Origin: Candidatus Kuenenbacteria bacterium
Lineage (GTDB): Bacteria; Patescibacteriota; Patescibacteriia; UBA11705; JABHMO01
DNA: 64,000 bases
Direction of reading: 5' to 3'
Assembly: GCA_013202715.1 (NCBI GenBank)
Contig: JABMRF010000007.1
Coordinates: 72,566 to 136,565, forward strand
Each line of letters opens with the position of its first letter. Within the stretch, counting starts at the first letter, position 1. A program made the position numbers and the translations under genes. Below, in pieces: positions 1-9,732 of this stretch. Under the pieces are notes generated by a model that did not search any database, was not told where the DNA came from, and saw nothing but the letters and a program-made list of their open reading frames with translations.

Positions 1-2
1 TT

Positions 3-446
3 ATCCCTCTTTTTCGAGGAGGAACGGCTGATCTAAATACGACTTTGGCTCTCTCTCTAGTATCTGTGATTGTGGCTAATATTTTTGGTATGGTATCCGT
101 GGGTACATTCAAGCATCTTAATAAGTTTATTAATCTAAAAGCATTGGCCCAAATTCCCGTAAAATTCAGAAAAGATCCAACCATTATTGTGGTGAATCCA
201 ATCAAGTTTTTTGTCGGTCTGATTGAAATAATAGGTGAGATTGCCAAGGTTGCTTCATTGTCGTTTCGTTTATTTGGAAATGTTTTTGCCGGTGAAGTTT
301 TGCTCACGTCAATTGCTGTAATCTTTGCATTTGGACTACCGATTCCGTTTATGTTTTTGGAAATAATTGTCGGAATAATTCAAGCCTTGATATTTGCTAT
401 GCTCAGTTTAGTTTATTTTTCAATAGCTATGAGTGAAGAACATTAA
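3..446 (+). CDS. atpB: F0F1 ATP synthase subunit a (5' partial)
   Basis: TADLNTTLAL and SLSFRLFGNVFAGE (essential Arg) motifs; first gene of the atp cluster; frame is open from the window edge. Confidence 0.95.
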   Translation: MPLFRGGTADLNTTLALSLVSVIVANIFGMVSVGTFKHLNKFINLKALAQIPVKFRKDPTIIVVNPIKFFVGLIEIIGEIAKVASLSFRLFGNVFAGEVLLTSIAVIFAFGLPIPFMFLEIIVGIIQALIFAMLSLVYFSIAMSEEH

Positions 447-505
447 TTAATTAATAATATAGTTAACTTGATAACGACTTTAAAAACAACATTCCAGTCG
501 ATTAG

Positions 506-736
<231 letters not shown>

Positions 737-803
737 TATTTTTGTTCTGCCTCGATATTTGTTCATCGAGGTAGACTCAAGAATATTAATCCCTAATAGA
801 AAT

Positions 804-1316
804 ATGGATGATTTAATAAAAACATTTTTCATTGATTGGCGTCTTCTTATCGCTCAAGTTATTAACTTTACAATTGTTATTGTGGTTTTGGGTGTCTTTG
901 CTTTGAAGCCATTGGTAAAATTAATGAAAGAAAGAGAAGAAAAAATTAGCAAAGGAATCACTGACGCAGAAAAAATTGAAGAGAAAATAAAGCAAATAGA
1001 AGTAGAAAAAGAACAAGAAATAAAAAAAGGAAGACAGGAAGCCCAAACAATCATTGTCAAGGCAGAAAAACAAGGCGATGAAGTGCGGATTGAAAAAACA
1101 GCCAAAGCGCAAAAAGAAGTTGAAAAAGTTATTGCAGATGCGCGCGCTCAAATCAGATCCGAGAGAACCTTGATGGTTAAGGATGTCAAAGATGAGCTTG
1201 GCGGGTTAATTTCTCTTGCGCTCGACAAGATCGTTTCCGGATCAATTGACGAAAAACAGCACAAAAAATTAATAGAAAAAGCAATTGCGGATTTAAAAGG
1301 AGCGGAGCTTCAATAA
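804..1316 (+). CDS. atpF: ATP synthase subunit b
   Basis: IDWRLLIAQVINF N-terminal TM followed by a coiled coil; start re-picked at MDDL. Confidence 0.93.
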   Translation: MDDLIKTFFIDWRLLIAQVINFTIVIVVLGVFALKPLVKLMKEREEKISKGITDAEKIEEKIKQIEVEKEQEIKKGRQEAQTIIVKAEKQGDEVRIEKTAKAQKEVEKVIADARAQIRSERTLMVKDVKDELGGLISLALDKIVSGSIDEKQHKKLIEKAIADLKGAELQ

Positions 1317-1318
1317 TT

Positions 1319-1858
1319 ATGAAAATTGCCAAGATAAAACATTACGCAAAATCACTCATAGAGATTGGACAAGGACACAATTGCTTTGAGGAAATTGTTG
1401 ACCAACTGAAAAACGTGGAAGAAAAACTTGCGGAAAATCCGGATTTCAAAAAGTATTTACTAAATAAACGAGTTGGTTTTATAAAAAAAAGAGAAGCGTT
1501 AGAGCACGTTTTTCAGGATTTTTTGAGCAAAAGGACATATAACTTTTTGTATTTATTGATTAAAAATAATAAATTAGTCAATCTTTCCGATATACTGAAC
1601 GAAACGAACAAGGTTAATCTTAAAAATAACAAAATTAAGGAAGTCTTGGTGGAGTCAGTCATTCCTTTGCCATCTGAAATAGAAAAAACAATTAAAAAAA
1701 TAATTGAGAAAAAAATTAACTCGGAAATTATTTTGCGCAATATTATCAATCAGGCGCTTCTCGGTGGGATGAAAATAACGATCGGAGATACGGTAATTGA
1801 TGGTAGTCTGTTCGGCAAGATTTCTAGGTTGCAGAGAAAAATGGAAAATTATGAATAA
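1319..1858 (+). CDS. atpH: ATP synthase subunit delta
   Basis: YAKSL N-terminus, LLGGMKITIGDTVIDGS C-terminal motif, operon position. Confidence 0.92.
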   Translation: MKIAKIKHYAKSLIEIGQGHNCFEEIVDQLKNVEEKLAENPDFKKYLLNKRVGFIKKREALEHVFQDFLSKRTYNFLYLLIKNNKLVNLSDILNETNKVNLKNNKIKEVLVESVIPLPSEIEKTIKKIIEKKINSEIILRNIINQALLGGMKITIGDTVIDGSLFGKISRLQRKMENYE

Positions 1859-1892
1859 ATATATAAAATACTAATTGTTAAATAACTATATT

Positions 1893-3425
1893 ATGTCGAA
1901 AAATAAAGATTTTGTAATCGAGAGTCTAAAAAAACAAATAACAGACTTTGATGACCACGTGGCTGTTGATAAAACAGGGCATGTAGTTGAAGTGGGTGAC
2001 GGTATAGCAAAGATTACCGGCCTTGCCGAAGTTATGTCCGCGGAAATGCTTGATTTTGGTGATAACGTTTTTGGCGTTGCCTTGAATTTGGAAGAGGATT
2101 TGGTTGGAGCCATGATTTTGGGTGATTATCTCAAAATTAAAGAGGGGACGGTTGTAAAAAGTACAGGAAGAATTTTGCAGGTTCCTGTGGGAGAGGGGAT
2201 GATTGGCCGAGTTGTAGATCCTCTTGGCGCACCAATCGATGGCAAGGGAAAGATTGAGGCTGCAAAACATTATCCAATTGAAAAAATAGCGCCTGGAGTT
2301 ATTACTCGAAAATCGGTACACGTACCGGTTCAGACCGGAATTAAAGCGATTGACTCAATGATTCCAATCGGTCGTGGACAACGTGAATTGATTATTGGTG
2401 ACAGACAAACAGGAAAAACCGCCATTGCTATTGATACGATTATCAATCAAAAAGGCAAAGATTTGCTTTGTGTTTACGTCGCTATTGGTCAAAAAGAATC
2501 GAAGATCGCTAAAATCGTTGCGAAGTTGGAAGCCGAAGGAGCAATGGACCACACGATCATTGTTGTTGCAGGAGCTTCAATGCCTGCATCACTTAGTTAT
2601 ATTGCACCGCAAGCCGGTTGTGCTATGGCAGAATATTTTATGGACCAAGGTAAGGATGTTCTGATTGTTTATGATGATTTGTCTAAGCACGCTGTAGCTT
2701 ATCGAGAAATTTCACTTTTATTGAAACGGCCACCAGGTCGAGAAGCTTATCCGGGTGATGTGTTTTATTTGCATTCACGGCTTTTGGAACGCTCAGCTAA
2801 TTTGAATGAGGATTTTGGTGGCGGATCAATTACCGCTCTCCCAATTATCGAAACTCAAGCTGGAGATATTTCAGCATATATTCCAACAAATGTGATTTCC
2901 ATTACTGATGGTCAAATCTTTTTGGAAAGTGATCTGTTTTATCAGGGAATTCGCCCGGCTGTAAATGTTGGTTTGTCAGTTTCTCGTGTTGGATCCAGCG
3001 CCCAGATCAAAGCTATGAAAAAAGTGGCTGGAAAATTACGCTTGGAAGTTGCTCAATATCGAGAACTGGCTGCCTTTGCTCAATTTGGGTCTGATCTTGA
3101 CGATGCAACCCAAAAGCAATTGGAAACCGGTAAGCGTATTACAGAAATTCTAAAGCAAGGCCAGTATCAACCGGTAGAAGTGGAAAAACAGGTTATTATA
3201 ATTTACTCAGTTATTAATGGACTGCTTGATGATATTCAGGTGGAAAAAGTTAGTGAGTTTGAAAAGGGCTTGTATAAATATTTTGATAATAGCGCAAAAA
3301 ATGTTTTGTTGGAACTAAAGAAAAAAGGTGTTATGGATGAAAAACTGGAAAAAGATATCATCAAAATTGTGAATGAATACAAAGGAACGGTTGAGGAAAT
3401 GTTATTGAAACCAGAAAAAGAATAA
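1893..3425 (+). CDS. atpA: ATP synthase subunit alpha
   Basis: GDRQTGKT Walker [22 protein letters not shown]. Confidence 0.99.
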   Translation: MSKNKDFVIESLKKQITDFDDHVAVDKTGHVVEVGDGIAKITGLAEVMSAEMLDFGDNVFGVALNLEEDLVGAMILGDYLKIKEGTVVKSTGRILQVPVGEGMIGRVVDPLGAPIDGKGKIEAAKHYPIEKIAPGVITRKSVHVPVQTGIKAIDSMIPIGRGQRELIIGDRQTGKTAIAIDTIINQKGKDLLCVYVAIGQKESKIAKIVAKLEAEGAMDHTIIVVAGASMPASLSYIAPQAGCAMAEYFMDQGKDVLIVYDDLSKHAVAYREISLLLKRPPGREAYPGDVFYLHSRLLERSANLNEDFGGGSITALPIIETQAGDISAYIPTNVISITDGQIFLESDLFYQGIRPAVNVGLSVSRVGSSAQIKAMKKVAGKLRLEVAQYRELAAFAQFGSDLDDATQKQLETGKRITEILKQGQYQPVEVEKQVIIIYSVINGLLDDIQVEKVSEFEKGLYKYFDNSAKNVLLELKKKGVMDEKLEKDIIKIVNEYKGTVEEMLLKPEKE

Positions 3426-3426
3426 T

Positions 3427-4386
3427 ATGGCAAAAGGCACAAGAGAAATAAAACGTCGATTGAAATCGGTCGGCAATACCCGCAAAATCACAAAAGCCAT
3501 GGAAATGGTTGCTGCAGCAAAAATGAGAAAGGCTGTTGATTCGGTTTTAGCGACTCGTGACTACGCCAATCTGGCCTGGGCAACGGTTTTGAATTTGTCT
3601 GAAAGAACTGATCAAGAGAAACACGTGCTTTTGGCCAAGAGAGACAAAGTAGAAAATGTTGCTTTGATTTTGATCGGTTCCAATCGGGGTTTGTGTGGAG
3701 GATTTAATCTTCAGGTTGTCCAAAAAGCCATAGCTTCAATAAAAAAACATGAAAAAAATATCAAAAACACAGAAGTGATTACACTTGGAGGAAAATCCAG
3801 AGATATTATTAAAGGGCTTGGTTATAATATTGTGGCTGATTTTGTAAAGGAAGATTTAACCACAAATTCTGATGAGGTTGCACCAATTGCGTCTATGATT
3901 ATAAAAGATTTTATAACGGGTAAATATGACAAAGTATTTGTCGCCTTTACTGACTTTGAATCAAGTATGAAACAGACTGCGAGAGTAAAGCAATTGTTGC
4001 CGATCGAATCTGAACCAGATGACTATCTTGGTGTCGTAGGTAAAAGTGATGGTGCGGGAGTGGGTACCAGAAAAGAATTTATTGACGAGAAAAGAGAAAA
4101 GTATTTGATCAAGGGAAAGTTTCAGTACGAGTATATATTTGAGCCAAGTGCAGAAGAAGTACTTGAGGAAATGCTTCCTCGTTTAATAGAAGTTCAGGTT
4201 TATCAAGCGGTGCTAGAATCAGATGCGTCTGAGCATAGTGCGCGCATGATCGCAATGAAAAATGCATCTGACGCTGCAGAGGATATGATTGATGACCTTA
4301 CATTATCGTTCAATCAAGCTAGGCAGGCCACGATTACTCAGGAAATTGCTGAGATCAGTTCCGGCGCCGTAGCATTGGGTAATTAA
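3427..4386 (+). CDS. atpG: ATP synthase subunit gamma
   Basis: KITKAMEMVAAAK, RGLCGGFN, RQATITQEIAEI. Confidence 0.98.
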   Translation: MAKGTREIKRRLKSVGNTRKITKAMEMVAAAKMRKAVDSVLATRDYANLAWATVLNLSERTDQEKHVLLAKRDKVENVALILIGSNRGLCGGFNLQVVQKAIASIKKHEKNIKNTEVITLGGKSRDIIKGLGYNIVADFVKEDLTTNSDEVAPIASMIIKDFITGKYDKVFVAFTDFESSMKQTARVKQLLPIESEPDDYLGVVGKSDGAGVGTRKEFIDEKREKYLIKGKFQYEYIFEPSAEEVLEEMLPRLIEVQVYQAVLESDASEHSARMIAMKNASDAAEDMIDDLTLSFNQARQATITQEIAEISSGAVALGN

Positions 4387-4426
4387 TTTGAAAATAATTT
4401 TTAATTTTATATATTTAAAACTTTAA

Positions 4427-5806
<1,380 letters not shown>

Positions 5807-5817
5807 AACCAGTTTAC

Positions 5818-6264
5818 ATGAAAATAAATTTTAAAATTGCTACACCTGAGCGAGTTGTGTTCAAGGATGACATAGATTCTGTCACCGTTCCCACTCAGAT
5901 GGGTGAAATTACGATCTTACCAAATCATATTCCATTGATTTCTATTTTGGTTGCCGGTGAAATTACGATTCGAAATGGTGAGGAGACGATAGCAATGTCT
6001 GTTGCAGGTGGTTTCCTCGAAGTTTTATCCACAAAGGTGGTGGTTTTGGCGGACAGGGCAGAGCGATCAGAAGAAATTGATGTAGAACGCGCAACAGAGG
6101 CCATGAAGAGGGCAAATGAACTTCGTGAGGAAAAAGCCGTTGATTCCCGTGAGTTTGCAGCTCTCAGTGCACAAATAGAAAAAGAGATGGCTCGAATCAG
6201 AGTCGGTCGAAAACATTCACGTCGAGTAGAACAACGTGGTTTTAATGTGAAAAAATATAAATAA
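5818..6264 (+). CDS. atpC: ATP synthase subunit epsilon
   Basis: IATPER, GEITILPNHIP, GGFLEV motifs. Confidence 0.96.
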   Translation: MKINFKIATPERVVFKDDIDSVTVPTQMGEITILPNHIPLISILVAGEITIRNGEETIAMSVAGGFLEVLSTKVVVLADRAERSEEIDVERATEAMKRANELREEKAVDSREFAALSAQIEKEMARIRVGRKHSRRVEQRGFNVKKYK

Positions 6265-6375
6265 CTCGGTTTCGTTATTCGTCTATAAGCTAACACCTAA
6301 CGCCTTCCGCCTACCAGTTATAACCTATAAACTAACAACCTAACAAGCTAACTTCCTAATTAGATATCTAACCTT

Positions 6376-6786
6376 ATGGCACACACATGTAATAATTTTT
6401 TAATGACCTGTATTGATTTCCGTTTTCACAGCGCAATTACAGATTGGGCTGAAAAGCAGGGGATTACGAAGGATTTTGATTTGGTGGCAATTGCTGGAGT
6501 TCAAAAAGCTATTTTGGATGACGATACTAGGAATGCCGCTATAAAACAACTGCACATTTCGGTCCGACTTCACAAGACAAGAACAGCAATTTTAATTGCC
6601 CATCAGGATTGCGGAGCATACGGTGGAAGTTCAGCCTTTGCCAACTGGGACGAAGAAAAAGCAAAATATACAGAAGACTTAAACGAAGCTGAAAAAGTCA
6701 TCAAAGAAAAATTCCCAGAACTGCAGGTCAAGAAGATGATTTTGACTTTTGATGAAAATGAAAAAGTTGAGATTATTGAAGTTTAA
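6376..6786 (+). CDS. beta-carbonic anhydrase-like protein
   Basis: CIDFR and HQDCG Zn ligands (CxDxR...HxxC). Confidence 0.8.
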   Translation: MAHTCNNFLMTCIDFRFHSAITDWAEKQGITKDFDLVAIAGVQKAILDDDTRNAAIKQLHISVRLHKTRTAILIAHQDCGAYGGSSAFANWDEEKAKYTEDLNEAEKVIKEKFPELQVKKMILTFDENEKVEIIEV

Positions 6787-6806
6787 TTTGAAAATTAATT
6801 TGATAT

Positions 6807-6855
6807 AAAAAAATCCCCCGTCTCGAGTTGATCGAGAGGCGGGGGTGTTTTTGTT
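6807..6855. terminator. bidirectional intrinsic terminator
   Basis: cccccgtctcga-loop-tcgagaggcggggg flanked by A and T tracts between convergent genes. Confidence 0.75.
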
Positions 6856-7335
6856 TTAGCGCATGAATGGATTTCTGCCGGGGCACATTCTCTCAGTGAG
6901 AATTTCATCAGCCATCTCCCTAAGTTCAAGAGAGTCGGCCTTGAATCGAATGAGTTTCAGTGTCTCGGTGTCTTTATTTACTAATTTTCGTGCTAACATC
7001 TTCGCCTCAATCGTAGAGCGAATCTCAGGACCGCCATCTTTCCAGAGCAGGAACTGCTTGATTCGGAGCGCATCGATAACCTCGTCAGAATTCATCTTCG
7101 TTTCCAAGTCAGCCTTGAGATGATCCAGTTTTCTCCATGCGTTTGGCATGGCATTGTCAAGCGCTCTTCGCGCAGGGTGCTTGTGACGGAGAATCTTCCA
7201 AAGGTTGTAAAGCTCCATTGGAGTATGTTCTTTTGATTCAACAACTTCGAGTGGCTTTGCAGCCATCACAACCTCGATTTGGAAATCGGTGAAATCGCCT
7301 TTAGCTTTTAATCTTTCTTTTGTGGTAAGTATCAT
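6856..7335 (-). CDS. orphan hypothetical protein (cassette A)
   Basis: ORF preceded by AGGAGG (7340-7345) and its own promoter. Confidence 0.7.
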   Translation of the reverse strand: MILTTKERLKAKGDFTDFQIEVVMAAKPLEVVESKEHTPMELYNLWKILRHKHPARRALDNAMPNAWRKLDHLKADLETKMNSDEVIDALRIKQFLLWKDGGPEIRSTIEAKMLARKLVNKDTETLKLIRFKADSLELREMADEILTERMCPGRNPFMR

Positions 7336-7382
7336 TCTTCCTCCTTTTGTGAACGATTTACAATGAATCACTGCAATGCTGT

Positions 7383-7459
7383 ATCTTAGCAGAGCCTAAT
7401 ATTTTTGTCAAGAGTTCGTTACAGATATTCCTTGACAAGCGTTTTGATTATGCTAAAAT
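7383..7459. promoter_or_regulatory. divergent sigma70 promoters for cassettes A and B
   Basis: Minus: TTGACA(7406-11)-17-TAAGAT(7383-88); plus: TTGACA(7432-37)-16-TAAAAT(7454-59); both with TGn extended -10. Confidence 0.75.
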
Positions 7460-7509
7460 TATATTAATTTAGTTTGTCGATATCTAAAGATTCAACAAAG
7501 GAGGATGTC

Positions 7510-8109
7510 ATGAAAAGATTGGTTTTAATCGGATTGGCAACATTGACAGGACTTGTTCTTTTGGAAATGTTTGTTTTTGGTCCTGTTAATGAATGTTATG
7601 GTGGAGAAAGTGATACAAAGGGAGAAGGTTTTAAAATTGTTGAATTAATCGATTGCTCCGGCGATAAGTTTAGCCCTGATGATGGCGATTCGTTTTACTG
7701 CGTGATAAATGATAAAAAGGTTTTTGTCCGTGTCTTGGGAATTGATACTCCGGAGACAATGCATGAAGAGCATGGAATTTGCGAAAATCAAAAGCTGGGA
7801 CCTGAGGCAACTAAGTTTGCCAATAATATTTTGATGAATGCAAAAAACATTACACTTGTTCACAAAGTCGGTGATGTCGGATCTTACGGCAGACCATTGG
7901 TTCACGTCCTGGTTGACGGTAAATTGTTTGCGCCGATGCTGGTTAAAGCCGGCCTGGCTTATTCAACATTGGAACACTATGGCGATAACGGATTTTCCGG
8001 TTACGCGGCTGAGATTAATCACGTTTGGGCGAACATGACACCTCCTGAATTTGAAAATCCTCATAAGTTTCGGAAAAAGATGCGAGAAAAGTGTCCGCAA
8101 CCGGAATAA
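7510..8109 (+). CDS. secreted/membrane-anchored thermonuclease (SNase family) (cassette B)
   Basis: N-terminal hydrophobic segment; DGDS, VRVLGIDTPE, YGRPL, LVKAGLA motifs; AAGGAGG SD. Confidence 0.88.
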   Translation: MKRLVLIGLATLTGLVLLEMFVFGPVNECYGGESDTKGEGFKIVELIDCSGDKFSPDDGDSFYCVINDKKVFVRVLGIDTPETMHEEHGICENQKLGPEATKFANNILMNAKNITLVHKVGDVGSYGRPLVHVLVDGKLFAPMLVKAGLAYSTLEHYGDNGFSGYAAEINHVWANMTPPEFENPHKFRKKMREKCPQPE

Positions 8110-8231
8110 ATTAGTTTTCCCTGTATGTTACACTACATCCAGGGATTTTATTTTATCATTTTGCGCATTGACAAGCTTTTTGGGGCGTGCTATTATCTCT
8201 CAAGTGTCACGGTTCTTTTTACGGAGGCAAA

Positions 8232-8672
8232 ATGTCACATAATTGTTCCGCTGTGATTATCACTTGTATGGATTTTCGGACTCAGCCTGCACTGCATAGG
8301 TTTATGAAAGAAAATGGCCTCATTGGTGATGCTGATGTACTATCATTTCCTGGTGGACCACAGCTTTTGGCCAATGATTTTAACAGAAACAGCAAATTTG
8401 CGTCCGAGATGGCGCTCCTGTCAGTTGGACTTCACAGTGTCAGGACGGTCTACTTGATTGCTCATGATGATTGTATGGCCTATGGCGGATCAGATGCATT
8501 CAAATCCAGAGCAGTTGAAAGAGAAGCATACATGACGGATCTCGTCGACGCTGCGGCTGAGATCAGGAGTTTAGCACCGAAACTTAATCTTGAGATTGTT
8601 TACAAGATTATTGTGATGGACGGCGATGGCTGGGTGGTGATCAATTTTACAGAGGGTGATCTCAATCCCTAA
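8232..8672 (+). CDS. beta-carbonic anhydrase-like protein (cassette C)
   Basis: CMDFR and HDDC motifs; promoter TTGACA(8168)-17-TATTAT; GGAGG at 8223; terminator 8679-8717. Confidence 0.8.
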   Translation: MSHNCSAVIITCMDFRTQPALHRFMKENGLIGDADVLSFPGGPQLLANDFNRNSKFASEMALLSVGLHSVRTVYLIAHDDCMAYGGSDAFKSRAVEREAYMTDLVDAAAEIRSLAPKLNLEIVYKIIVMDGDGWVVINFTEGDLNP

Positions 8673-8823
8673 GAAAGTAACTCTAGGTGGACAAATCCAC
8701 TTGGAGTTTTTTATTTTATAAAATAGTGTTATAATATGTATATTAAGAATATAAAGAGGTCTTCATAAGTCTAAATAATGCTTCGAATATACTTCTTTCG
8801 CCCTCTTTCGCCTTATTAATTTT

Positions 8824-9321
8824 ATGATAACGCTTGATTACATTTTACTTGGTTTAATTTTGGTAATTGCTTTTTTGGGCTACAAAAAAGGGTTTTTGGA
8901 ATCACTCGGTTCCATAATCGGAATTATTGCGGCCGTAATTGTGGCCGGTCGTTATTTCCCAAATGTAGCCGTCTGGTTTGGCGGTACAAATTTTTCTAAT
9001 ATTATTGCCTTCATTGTAATTTTCAGTTTAACAATAAAAATTGTCAGTTTACTGTTCTGGGTTCTGGGGAAAGTATTTAAAATTGTTACCGTTTTGCCAT
9101 TTATTTCCAGCTTTGATCGTTTACTTGGATTAATTCTTGGTTTTGTGGAGGGAATATTTGTCATGTCAATTATTTTGTATTTTATATTAAAATATCCTCT
9201 GAACGATTGGCTGATGTGGCAGATGTCAATTTCTGCGGTTGCAAAAGTTTTATTGACCGTCGGAAATATTTTTGTCCCTCTTTTTCCTGATGCGCTAAAT
9301 GCGGTGAAGTCGTTTATGTAA
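8824..9321 (+). CDS. cvpA: CvpA (colicin V production) family membrane protein
   Basis: LDYILL...GYKKGF...DRLLGLILGFVEG; 4 TM. Confidence 0.85.
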   Translation: MITLDYILLGLILVIAFLGYKKGFLESLGSIIGIIAAVIVAGRYFPNVAVWFGGTNFSNIIAFIVIFSLTIKIVSLLFWVLGKVFKIVTVLPFISSFDRLLGLILGFVEGIFVMSIILYFILKYPLNDWLMWQMSISAVAKVLLTVGNIFVPLFPDALNAVKSFM

Positions 9322-9416
9322 GTAAGAAGTTAAAAGTTTATAAAGTTCATAAAGTTGGAAAGTTTGAAAGAGAAAATTCAATTGCAACATTCTGAAAACG
9401 ACAATGGAGGTGGATA

Positions 9417-9638
9417 ATGAAAGTAAAAACAAAAGTGCTTGTGGGGAATTCATTTTACGCGCTGGCAATTTTATTGCTATTTGCTTTTAGTGCCGTTGAG
9501 GCCTTAGGGGGGCTAACTGCTTTAATTGGAGTCGCAGCATTGGCATTATGTTTTGGAACTATCGCCATAGTTGTTAAGTCCAATGTGCAGTGGAGTTTAT
9601 ACAAGTCGTTAACATTTGAAAATGGTAATGGCGGATAA
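9417..9638 (+). CDS. small 2-TM orphan protein (cassette D)
   Basis: GGAGGTG SD, two hydrophobic segments, downstream terminator 9652-9685. Confidence 0.6.
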   Translation: MKVKTKVLVGNSFYALAILLLFAFSAVEALGGLTALIGVAALALCFGTIAIVVKSNVQWSLYKSLTFENGNGG

Positions 9639-9732
9639 TTAATTTGCATTTAATTCCGTGTCGAACGTGGCACGGAATTTTTATTATCCCTTCCTTGCAA
9701 AATAGTGATATCTTGTGCTAAAATGAGAGCAT

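Noticed and set aside
6025-6033. DnaA box TTATCCACA in atpC
   Set aside because: Isolated, inside coding sequence; chance occurrence is likely
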